From a virus (taxonomy: Duplodnaviria > Caudoviricetes), in the IMG/VR virus record IMGVR_UViG_3300031992_000012, positions 1 through 64,000 of that record: DNA of 64,000 nt. One strand, 5' to 3'. How positions within the stretch are numbered: position 1 is the first letter of the stretch; each line of letters begins with the position of its first letter. Below are positions 56,598-64,000 of the stretch, one piece after another. The position numbers were made by a program, and so were the translations under genes. The notes beneath the pieces were generated by a model, which saw nothing but the letters and a program-made list of their open reading frames with translations, ran no database searches and was not told where the DNA came from.

Positions 56598-57208
56598 TGG
56601 AATGGGAGCGGCACAGCCCGCTGTGCGTCCTCGTGCGCAAGGGCCATCAGGTCTTCGCGTACGAGGACAAGGATAAGCTCCCGAAGACCTACGGGAGCGA
56701 GAGTTTCAAGTGCAGCGTGAACACCGGATTCCAGGACCTCAGCCCGGCGGCCTATGTCGTCGGGCAGGCGAGGGACAAGAACTGGCTTGCGCTTGTATTC
56801 ACGGGCAGGCAGCTTGTGCTCTACGACCGTCGTTGCGAGAGATACCTAGGTAGGTACACCGACCCGTTCGGCGGTTTCCCCTGGTATCCGAAAAAAGCCA
56901 TAGACGAGTGGGGCATAGGCTACGCCCTGGATTACTTCCGAAACATAGGCGGACGTCTTTTCGAGGAATACCAGGATGCCTTCATACCGGCGCCGTACGT
57001 CTGGACGTTCACGTCCAAATGGACGAGCGCGATTGTGAGGGCAATCAAGCTCATTCCCGAGGAAAAGGTGGAGCGTCTATCCTGGAAGGAAGACCTGGTC
57101 ACCATACGCATGTCCAGCCCAGGGCAGCGTCTGCTCAATAAACTGGCCGAGATAGATGAAGGCTCGACATGGAGGGACGATGTCCGCGTGGATAGACGGT
57201 GTTGGTAA
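56594..57208 (+). CDS. Hypothetical protein
   Basis: ATGA-coupled to pncA. Confidence 0.6.
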   Translation: MMEWERHSPLCVLVRKGHQVFAYEDKDKLPKTYGSESFKCSVNTGFQDLSPAAYVVGQARDKNWLALVFTGRQLVLYDRRCERYLGRYTDPFGGFPWYPKKAIDEWGIGYALDYFRNIGGRLFEEYQDAFIPAPYVWTFTSKWTSAIVRAIKLIPEEKVERLSWKEDLVTIRMSSPGQRLLNKLAEIDEGSTWRDDVRVDRRCW

Positions 57209-57290
57209 TCCCTACAGGATTTACCACAGCTCGGAGGAGGAGACCGGGCCTTCGGGCCCGGCCCCTTCTCCTGATTTAGCAGGTAGAAAC

Positions 57291-57644
57291 ATGGAAAAGG
57301 AATTCACAGACAATTTCGTGATGGCCGTAGAGAGCCTTACTAGCGACTTCCTCATGACCTACTGGGGCTCGAGGGATAGCTGGGAGTTCACGCCTCCCCT
57401 GAAAATGGCCAGCGTGGAACGTCTAAACATGTTGCAACTTGACATAAAGGACGACCTTAGATGGGTAAGGGACAGGATTGAGGACGGGGCCGTGTTCTTC
57501 GTTATGAGCCAGGGGTCTGACGGGAGATGGTCCGTCTCGCGTTCCGTTCCCATCAAGGACCTGCTCGATCTTCATAGCATCATGATTGACACAGGTTTGT
57601 TTCCAAAGGAGGGCAAATGGACGAGCATAGCGATACTCTCGTGA
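57291..57644 (+). CDS. Member of the tandem paralogue family
   Basis: TPPLKMASVE...DLRWVRDRIEDGAVFF. Confidence 0.6.
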   Translation: MEKEFTDNFVMAVESLTSDFLMTYWGSRDSWEFTPPLKMASVERLNMLQLDIKDDLRWVRDRIEDGAVFFVMSQGSDGRWSVSRSVPIKDLLDLHSIMIDTGLFPKEGKWTSIAILS

Positions 57645-57970
57645 AAACTCTCGAGGAGATGAAGAGTGAACGCTGCGTGACCATGTTGTGCGAGGCGCTC
57701 GAGGACGACCCGGAGGACTACAACTACGGAGATGGCTGTAAAGTCGTAATCCGATATGTGGAAAACGCGTTTGATCTTATTCGCAGATGCTGCAAGTCCG
57801 ACACGAGGTGGCTTCTCGGCTATGTGCGCGTAGGATGCGCTTTCTCCGTGTTCGTCCTGTACGGGACGGGCACCGTGTCGCTTGTCCGCGTCTTGGGGCC
57901 GCAGCAAATGCGGAAACTTAAGGCCTGGCTTCACTTGGGCCTGACAGAGGAGGAAAACCATGCCACTTGA
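57617..57970 (+). CDS. Member of the tandem paralogue family
   Basis: DTRWLLGYVRVGCAF. Confidence 0.6.
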   Translation: MDEHSDTLVKTLEEMKSERCVTMLCEALEDDPEDYNYGDGCKVVIRYVENAFDLIRRCCKSDTRWLLGYVRVGCAFSVFVLYGTGTVSLVRVLGPQQMRKLKAWLHLGLTEEENHAT

Positions 57971-58304
57971 CGGAAAATTCATGGACATCCTCGAGAGTCT
58001 TACACCCGAGGAATGTCGTCAACTGAGAAGCGCGCTGGGAGAGAGCTACGGTCCACCCCACGCAACAAGATTCGTGCACGCCGAAAGGCTGCTTCCATGT
58101 CTGGAAAACAGGAAGACCATAAGGTGGTGTCTCGATCGTGTGCGCGGAGGGTACGAGTTCTTCCAGATGGCGCTGCCCACCAAGGATGACCCGCACTACT
58201 ATGTCCACCGTTCCTTCCACCACACCCTGAGGGAGCCGTTGCTCAAATGGCTTCTTGGTCATAACAAGATTACCCAGGAGGAATACAAGAGATGGTTGAT
58301 CTGA
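57960..58304 (+). CDS. Member of the tandem paralogue family
   Basis: TIRWCLDRVRGGYEFF. Confidence 0.6.
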   Translation: MPLDGKFMDILESLTPEECRQLRSALGESYGPPHATRFVHAERLLPCLENRKTIRWCLDRVRGGYEFFQMALPTKDDPHYYVHRSFHHTLREPLLKWLLGHNKITQEEYKRWLI

Positions 58305-58666
58305 GAGACCAGGTGGAGATAATGATGGGGCGCGACGAGGACGACCTTCCGGTCTCCTCCAAACTCGTCAGAGAGCTGGAGGAGCTGTCATCGGCGGATT
58401 TGCACAAGATGTTCTACGCGCTCACAGGACACGGATACGAGGGTAGGCTTTTCGTCCGTCATATAGAGCATATCGGCGACATCCTTCCGAGATGCGAAAG
58501 GGAGTCGATAGAATGGATTATGAGGAAGATACATCTCAACATCCAGATGGTGTTGTTCCGTTTCCACTTTGACGTACAGCTCGAGGCCGTCCGCGTTGTG
58601 CTGACGGACGACCTCGATAAACTCGATGACGCCTTGCACAAACTAAGAAGAGGAGAACTTGAATGA
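58292..58666 (+). CDS. Member of the tandem paralogue family
   Basis: SIEWIMRKIHLNIQMV. Confidence 0.55.
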   Translation: MVDLRDQVEIMMGRDEDDLPVSSKLVRELEELSSADLHKMFYALTGHGYEGRLFVRHIEHIGDILPRCERESIEWIMRKIHLNIQMVLFRFHFDVQLEAVRVVLTDDLDKLDDALHKLRRGELE

Positions 58667-59079
58667 GCAACATACTCTACGACGATGTTGTCAAGACCAG
58701 GGCTCTCCTTGAAAGGCTATACCGGATCAAGGACGACCCGAGGGTGATCAGCATCCTGAAAGGCTGCATGCACCTCGACCCTGCGTCCGAGGTGCATCTT
58801 CTATCGCTTGTCGACCGACCGGAACTCGTCTATGGCGAAATCCGGAGGCTCAAGGCCACCGACGCGGACGCCCGCGAAACACTTAACTGGCTTGTAAGAA
58901 GCTACTGCCAGCAGATGTGCGTGGACAGACGCGGAGGACGAGGGACGGAATTCCTTATAGCCGAGAAAAACGGCGGGGACCGTTTCTGCATTCACAGCGA
59001 CTGGGGTCTCAGCGCAACGGCGCTATGGGACGCCTGCCGGAACTCGTTGCCCGACGTTACAGAAGGGCTGAGGAGATAG
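58663..59079 (+). CDS. Hypothetical protein (possible divergent family member)
   Basis: TLNWLVRSY; coupled ORF. Confidence 0.55.
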   Translation: MSNILYDDVVKTRALLERLYRIKDDPRVISILKGCMHLDPASEVHLLSLVDRPELVYGEIRRLKATDADARETLNWLVRSYCQQMCVDRRGGRGTEFLIAEKNGGDRFCIHSDWGLSATALWDACRNSLPDVTEGLRR

Positions 59080-59080
59080 G

Positions 59081-59500
59081 ATGAAGGAAATTTTCGAGAT
59101 AGAGGAAATCCCTGTCGAGGACGAACAGGACGTGACCTATATGGAGGAGATATGCAGGCAGCCGGGAGACTGGCATAGCGGGTTTGTCAGAAGTGTGTAC
59201 ACGCACACGTTTGACAACTTCGACAGCCTTGAATTGACCCCTCCCCTGAGGATAGCGAGCGTCGAAGGCGTATCCGCTTTCCTCGCGGAGGGGTTCCCAG
59301 GACCGAGGTACGACCTTTACTACCTGCTTGACAGAATCCGCCGTGGCTACCGCTACTTCATAGCGTACTCGCGTTCAATGCCTTATGACAGGTATATCGC
59401 AGTTCCATGGAAAGGCGTGCACCCCTTCAACGTGTACAACTTCGTCCGTATTTACCTTGAAACAAAAGCAGACACGGCCGGCGAGAGCCATCCGTGCTAG
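59081..59500 (+). CDS. Member of the tandem paralogue family
   Basis: TPPLRIASVE...DLYYLLDRIRRGYRYF. Confidence 0.6.
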   Translation: MKEIFEIEEIPVEDEQDVTYMEEICRQPGDWHSGFVRSVYTHTFDNFDSLELTPPLRIASVEGVSAFLAEGFPGPRYDLYYLLDRIRRGYRYFIAYSRSMPYDRYIAVPWKGVHPFNVYNFVRIYLETKADTAGESHPC

Positions 59501-59522
59501 GAACATTGGAGGGCAATCCAAA

Positions 59523-59969
59523 TTGGAAAGAACATGGACATTCAGGTCTCCCGATCCGGGTAGCACCATTGCCCGAATCAACGAGAAAGTAGACTTCATC
59601 TCAGGACTGGGCGACGACCTGAACGAGAAGCTGGCGCAGGACGTCAACAACCACCAGATATTCAGTGGAGGGAGTGAGAAGGGCCCCAGAAGGTTCGTCT
59701 CCGTCTATACGCGGTCTCTCGAAAGGATGATCGCCCATATAATGACGTACCCTTCATGCCCCGACAAGCATCATACTATTCTGTGGATTCTCCGCAGGGT
59801 AAGGGACATAGTCGAGGCCAGAAAGTGCGACGGGTTAATCTACGAGCTTGAGCCGGAGAAAAACGGACGGCAGATTCCTGTCATATGGGGTTTCTCTCCC
59901 TCGTCCGACATTGCGGACGCGTTTTCACGCTCCATTGAACGTGTGACCGGAACACGGGGAGGATCGTGA
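59523..59969 (+). CDS. Member of the tandem paralogue family (TTG start)
   Basis: GGAGG upstream; TILWILRRVRD. Confidence 0.55.
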   Translation: MERTWTFRSPDPGSTIARINEKVDFISGLGDDLNEKLAQDVNNHQIFSGGSEKGPRRFVSVYTRSLERMIAHIMTYPSCPDKHHTILWILRRVRDIVEARKCDGLIYELEPEKNGRQIPVIWGFSPSSDIADAFSRSIERVTGTRGGS

Positions 59970-60373
59970 TGAGCAATCCGCCTCCCTTAAGAAACATGCG
60001 ACAACTCGAGCTGGAGGAGGAGATGCACCGGCTGGTGCGTGCCCTTCCAAAGCGGGTTGTCAAACGCGCGATATTCGACATTCTTGGAGTTGCCGCCTTC
60101 GGGGGTTCCATCAACAATTGCCGGATACTTGATATGACCAGGAGGGAAGACGCCGTGTGGCTGATACACAAGTTCAGCGGCATGAGCAGGGCGAACAGGA
60201 GATGGAGCATACAGATGCTTCTGTACACGATGCGAAAGGGCGTGTGGCTGTTCCTCACCCAGGGGCTCGGAGGCCAGGAGCATATCTACCACGGACAGGC
60301 TACAATGGACAGCAAGACGCTAAGGTCGTTTTGCTCGCTTCTAAGACAGAAACTTAAAGAACAGGAGGCATAA
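59966..60373 (+). CDS. Member of the tandem paralogue family
   Basis: SIQMLLYTMRKGVWLF. Confidence 0.55.
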   Translation: MMSNPPPLRNMRQLELEEEMHRLVRALPKRVVKRAIFDILGVAAFGGSINNCRILDMTRREDAVWLIHKFSGMSRANRRWSIQMLLYTMRKGVWLFLTQGLGGQEHIYHGQATMDSKTLRSFCSLLRQKLKEQEA

Positions 60374-61474
60374 ATGAGCGAAAGAAAACTATGCTACAAA
60401 GTCTTGATTGACGAAATAACCCCGATTCCCGAATCGGACAACCTTGAGCTGGCGCGAATAACCGGCTGGCGATGCGTTGTGCAGAAGGGAGAGTTCAAGG
60501 TCGGCGACACTGCCTTGTACTTTGAAATCGACAGCGCGCTTAACCCGCACGACGACCGGTTCGCCTTCCTGAAGGAGCGTTGCTACAAGAAGTTCCTGGA
60601 CGCCTCGAAGAACCTGTTCGACGAGTGCATCCGCATACGTACCATCAAGCTGCGCGGCCAGTTGTCGCAAGGCCTGCTGATTCCGGTCAAGGACTTCTGC
60701 GAAGTGCGCAACAAGAAAATCGGCGAAAGCTGCGCCGACGTCCTCTGCGTCCGCCACTACGACGAAGTGGCGGAACGCGCCGTCCGCGAGACAACGCCGT
60801 TCATCGCCCCCAACCAGAAGGGACTGTTCCCTGCCTGGGCGGGTCCGAAGACTGACGAAGAGCGTGTGCAGAACCTTACGGACCAGGACCTTGACGAACA
60901 CTGGGACGACGAGCTGGAAGTCACGGAGAAGATTGACGGCACCTCGATGACCGTCGCCTACTCCGCCGTCAACCGCCCCGACGACCCGGTTGCCGTCTGC
61001 AGCCGCAACTTCGAGCTGAAGGACATGCCGAGCGCCTACTGGGACATGGTGCATGAGCTGAACCTCGACGTCAAGTTGAAGGAGTGGTGCGAGACGCACG
61101 GAACCGAAATAACAATACAGGGCGAGCTCAACGGCCAGGGCATCCAGAACAACCGCGATTGCAAGCCGGGGCGCAGCTTCGACGTGTTCCGTATCTGGAA
61201 CATCACGGAGGGCCGCTGGATTCCGCCGAGCGAACGCTACGTAATTGTGAAGGAACTCGGTCTGAACCACGTCCCGGTTCTCGAGACACGCCGTATCAGC
61301 AGCTTCGACGACGGCTCGCGCGACTTCGTGAAGGTCCGCGACGCCATCCTGTCGTACGCCGAAGGCAAGACCGCCAACGGGAACGAGCGGGAAGGCATCG
61401 TGTTAAAGGAGCTGAACGGCAACGGCTTCAGCTTCAAGGCCGTGTCCAACGCGTATCTGCTTAAACTGAAATGA
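60374..61474 (+). CDS. ATP-dependent RNA ligase (DRB0094/Rnl5-like family)
   Basis: N-terminal OB-like PIPESDNLE..GW..VVQKGEF..YFEIDS; motif I EKIDGTS; QGEL, EGIV and FKAVSN. Confidence 0.9.
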   Translation: MSERKLCYKVLIDEITPIPESDNLELARITGWRCVVQKGEFKVGDTALYFEIDSALNPHDDRFAFLKERCYKKFLDASKNLFDECIRIRTIKLRGQLSQGLLIPVKDFCEVRNKKIGESCADVLCVRHYDEVAERAVRETTPFIAPNQKGLFPAWAGPKTDEERVQNLTDQDLDEHWDDELEVTEKIDGTSMTVAYSAVNRPDDPVAVCSRNFELKDMPSAYWDMVHELNLDVKLKEWCETHGTEITIQGELNGQGIQNNRDCKPGRSFDVFRIWNITEGRWIPPSERYVIVKELGLNHVPVLETRRISSFDDGSRDFVKVRDAILSYAEGKTANGNEREGIVLKELNGNGFSFKAVSNAYLLKLK

Positions 61475-62226
61475 AAGACGAACCCGGATGCGCGTTCCTG
61501 CTGGTACCCGCGTTTCTGCTGTACATAACCATCGTCTGCGTCGGCAGCTCGAACCCTGTGCTTGACGCTGTGTTCGTGTCGTGCGTTGTGACGATGTTTG
61601 TAAACGCGGTCCGGGTTCTCATGACAGACAGCGAGGATGGCAGAATGACCGAAAGGGAAGCTGCAAGAACCTATGTCGCCGCCCCGGCGGAGACTGCGGA
61701 GGAGCCGGCGGAGACAGCCGAGAACGCATCGGAAACCGTGACATCGACCTCGGGCGCCACGCCCGACCACATGGTGTTCACGGCCGGCCCCGACGAGAGG
61801 ATGCTCGAGGAGAACGCCATAAAGGAGAGGCTCAAGACGATGTCCCCCGAGGACACCGCCGAGCTGATCCGCGACGTCATTTGGGGGTTTGCCGAGAGGA
61901 TGCCAAATACCGTCGGCAGCGGTGACGACATACAGGTGCTGTTCGTTCGCGGGCAGCCTGTGGACAAGTCGGTTTTGACCGACGGCCGGATGACTCATGA
62001 TGATCTGGTAGACGTAGTCAAAGCTGTGCGCGATCCAGCCTGCGTGTGCGTCGTAAGAAGCGACCACTTCACATTCTCCGTGGACGATGACCTGACTTCC
62101 TCCGGATGGCAGGACGTGGTCATAGAATGGCTGTCCGGCGCGTACCGCGATCACCAGAAGAAAATAGCCCTTCTGAAAAAACTCGGATTGATAGTTCCAA
62201 GCTGGATTTCACATGGAGACGAATAA
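61471..62226 (+). CDS. Membrane-anchored hypothetical protein
   Basis: Two N-terminal hydrophobic segments. Confidence 0.6.
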   Translation: MKDEPGCAFLLVPAFLLYITIVCVGSSNPVLDAVFVSCVVTMFVNAVRVLMTDSEDGRMTEREAARTYVAAPAETAEEPAETAENASETVTSTSGATPDHMVFTAGPDERMLEENAIKERLKTMSPEDTAELIRDVIWGFAERMPNTVGSGDDIQVLFVRGQPVDKSVLTDGRMTHDDLVDVVKAVRDPACVCVVRSDHFTFSVDDDLTSSGWQDVVIEWLSGAYRDHQKKIALLKKLGLIVPSWISHGDE

Positions 62227-62878
62227 CAGGATAAAGACGACGACGGCCTTGTTGCTGTTCGTACTTCAGATTTTTGTCGGATGGTATCTTGTGTATTCGG
62301 TCGGCTTCGGGATTCCCGGTCGAATCTACACCGGAGTCGTGATGACTGGCATGTCCCTGCAGTTTTTACTGTTAATCGCACCTGGGGCGAACCTGGTGTC
62401 GGCGGTGAAGAGCTACTGGAAGGTGCCTGAATGTAAAAGGCATGGATGGGCGCCCGATGAAGTAATCATCTACGTCTACAACACGAAGCTGCCTTTAAAC
62501 CTGGACATAAAGAGCCGGTACAGTACCATCGTCCCGTTGTACGCGCTGACGGACAAGCTCATAAAGCAGACCGACAAAATTGAGCTCAGGCTTCTAATCC
62601 ATGCCTGCAGGCATGGGGAGGGTCTTGGCCTGCTTGTCGGACACGGCATGAAGCCAGTCGCTTGCGTGCCCAACTGTGGGTTCGAGTACATAGGATGGTA
62701 TCGGGACATGGAACTGAACCCGAGTTTTGAACCCGTATTGGCGGGCGTAAGAACATGGTTGTACCGTGAGAAGCCGGATCTTGTGCCATGGCCCGTGTTC
62801 AGAAGGCAGCTCGAAAGTGAAGCCAGGGAGTACCTGAAATACTATGACAAGCACCATTGGACGAAATGTTCTACGTAA
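62213..62878 (+). CDS. Two-TM protein with a C-terminal domain resembling the paralogue family
   Basis: ELRLLIHACRHGEGLGLL. Confidence 0.55.
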   Translation: METNNRIKTTTALLLFVLQIFVGWYLVYSVGFGIPGRIYTGVVMTGMSLQFLLLIAPGANLVSAVKSYWKVPECKRHGWAPDEVIIYVYNTKLPLNLDIKSRYSTIVPLYALTDKLIKQTDKIELRLLIHACRHGEGLGLLVGHGMKPVACVPNCGFEYIGWYRDMELNPSFEPVLAGVRTWLYREKPDLVPWPVFRRQLESEAREYLKYYDKHHWTKCST

Positions 62879-63089
62879 GGTCGTAAGGCCTATACTTGTT
62901 CGTCTGCTGGAGAGGATAGACCGGGACGCGCCCGCAAAGAAACGGACGTGCACCGAGCATGTCGATCCCCTTCCTGTGGACACCGAAAGCCTCGAGCCGA
63001 TTGCACGCGCTTCCGAATGGAGGCCCGGCGTGCCCGAGAAGCTAAGCCACGCCTGGATGGTCCAGACTGAACAGGCAAAACGCAAATGA
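62844..63089 (+). CDS. Small hypothetical protein
   Basis: Overlapping ORF that ends just before the promoter motif. Confidence 0.4.
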   Translation: MTSTIGRNVLRKVVRPILVRLLERIDRDAPAKKRTCTEHVDPLPVDTESLEPIARASEWRPGVPEKLSHAWMVQTEQAKRK

Positions 63090-63109
63090 CTTCGATTAGT
63101 TGTTAAAAA

Positions 63110-63149
63110 GAACATCCCCGCGCGTAATAATATTGTAACGGGGATGTTC
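63110..63149 (+). promoter_or_regulatory. YGYGTAATAAT motif copy 6, in the 18-nt loop of an 11-bp inverted repeat
   Basis: GAACATCCCCG-CGCGTAATAATATTGTAA-CGGGGATGTTC. Confidence 0.65.
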
Positions 63150-63188
63150 CCCATGAAATTTTCAACTCAATGTAGGAGAAAAAAGAAA

Positions 63189-63632
63189 ATGAAAATTGAA
63201 GTCAAAAAACACGATTACATGTACCTCTACAATGACGGCGCCCAGACTGTGGCCGGCATGAACATGCACGGTGAGAGTATCCAGGAGCTTGAAGACAAAC
63301 TTCATGCAGATTGGAAAAAGAAAGCCTCAGACTTGGAGGCCAACCAAAACTTCATTGCCGGCCTTCCCGACATCTCCTTGATGTCCGTATTTGAGTTTCG
63401 GGACGGAGCGGTTTCCCTTGTAGTCAAGGACGGTAAGTGGACAAGCTGCGGACGCAGTTTCGACACGCGTGAAGAACTTCTTAACTATATAGCCGAGGCG
63501 ATGGGTGAAACGGAACATGCAATCTCGATAGCCGAGGCTAATTGGAAAGATTTTAAAGAAACAGTTGATAAAGCCATCGCGCCGTTCCGCGAGGCAATAG
63601 ACAAAGGGGTAGCCAACCACATTGATTGGTAA
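63189..63632 (+). CDS. Hypothetical protein
   Basis: AGGAG RBS before ATG63189; followed by a terminator at about 63648-63680. Confidence 0.65.
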   Translation: MKIEVKKHDYMYLYNDGAQTVAGMNMHGESIQELEDKLHADWKKKASDLEANQNFIAGLPDISLMSVFEFRDGAVSLVVKDGKWTSCGRSFDTREELLNYIAEAMGETEHAISIAEANWKDFKETVDKAIAPFREAIDKGVANHIDW

Positions 63633-63767
63633 TCTTAAAAGGCCACGGGCCCGGCGCGAAAGCGTCCGGGCCTTTTTCTTATTTGTTAGCATGTGGAGGG
63701 TTGGCAGGCCCCTCCGCGAAAATCTTCAACGGCCCTCCTGCGGGCTTAAGCAAAAGGAGCTTAAAGA

Positions 63768-64000
63768 ATGAACATCACGCAACGCAACTACCTCAAGCAG
63801 AAGGTCGATGCAATCATGGGACGGTTGAACTCCGACGTGCAGATCGCACGCTCGAAGGCAATCTCCGAAATCCTGGCTTCCACCTTTGAGGAAAACCTTC
63901 GCACCAATATCGTCGAGATGACCCACGCCCTCGACGCCATGTCGGCCGACCCCAAGGGGTTCGTCGACGAAGCCATGCGCACGTGGAGCGAGCAGAACCA
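63768..64000 (+). CDS. Hypothetical protein (partial, runs off the window)
   Basis: AAGGAG RBS; MNITQRNYLKQK... open to the window end. Confidence 0.6.
   Translation, partial: MNITQRNYLKQKVDAIMGRLNSDVQIARSKAISEILASTFEENLRTNIVEMTHALDAMSADPKGFVDEAMRTWSEQN

Noticed and set aside
1-64000. Alternative genetic code (TAG or TGA reassignment)
   Set aside because: Recognisable enzymes are full length in the standard code, and all three stop codons end tightly coupled genes.

Overview
This window looks like a 64-kb slice of a large (probably jumbo) tailed phage genome. Every credible gene is on the + strand, tightly packed, in the standard genetic code. The host is probably a Gram-negative anaerobe (inferred from class III RNR and ADP-heptose-type transferases). 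Contents from left to right: (1) a mosaic tail-fibre-like gene, a Pol-beta-fold nucleotidyltransferase and a membrane/lipoprotein cluster; (2) a glycosylation locus (GT34+GT9 fusion, two Aah/TibC-type protein O-heptosyltransferases, a GT9-like enzyme) around a 1186-aa Cys/Trp/Ser/Thr-rich protein; (3) putative virion genes including a portal-like protein; (4) a streamlined multisubunit-type RNA polymerase in which beta is fused to the N-terminal part of beta', carrying two cis inteins and broken right after the catalytic NADFDGD; (5) an ORF-free, highly structured ~550-nt RNA candidate next to tRNA-Arg(UCU); (6) NrdD with two inteins plus a CxxC redoxin; (7) many small unknown genes, an AAA ATPase, a nadE-pncB-pncA NAD salvage cassette, a tandem family of ~9 divergent paralogues and an RNA ligase. 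The most novel candidates are the non-canonical split intein at the RNAP active site (no N-terminal nucleophile, no block-B His, own sigma70-like promoter), the ornate ncRNA, a repeated YGYGTAATAAT motif that sits in hairpin loops, the deamidating NAD salvage cassette and the heptosylation locus. All homology calls come from motif recognition by eye; no database searches were run.
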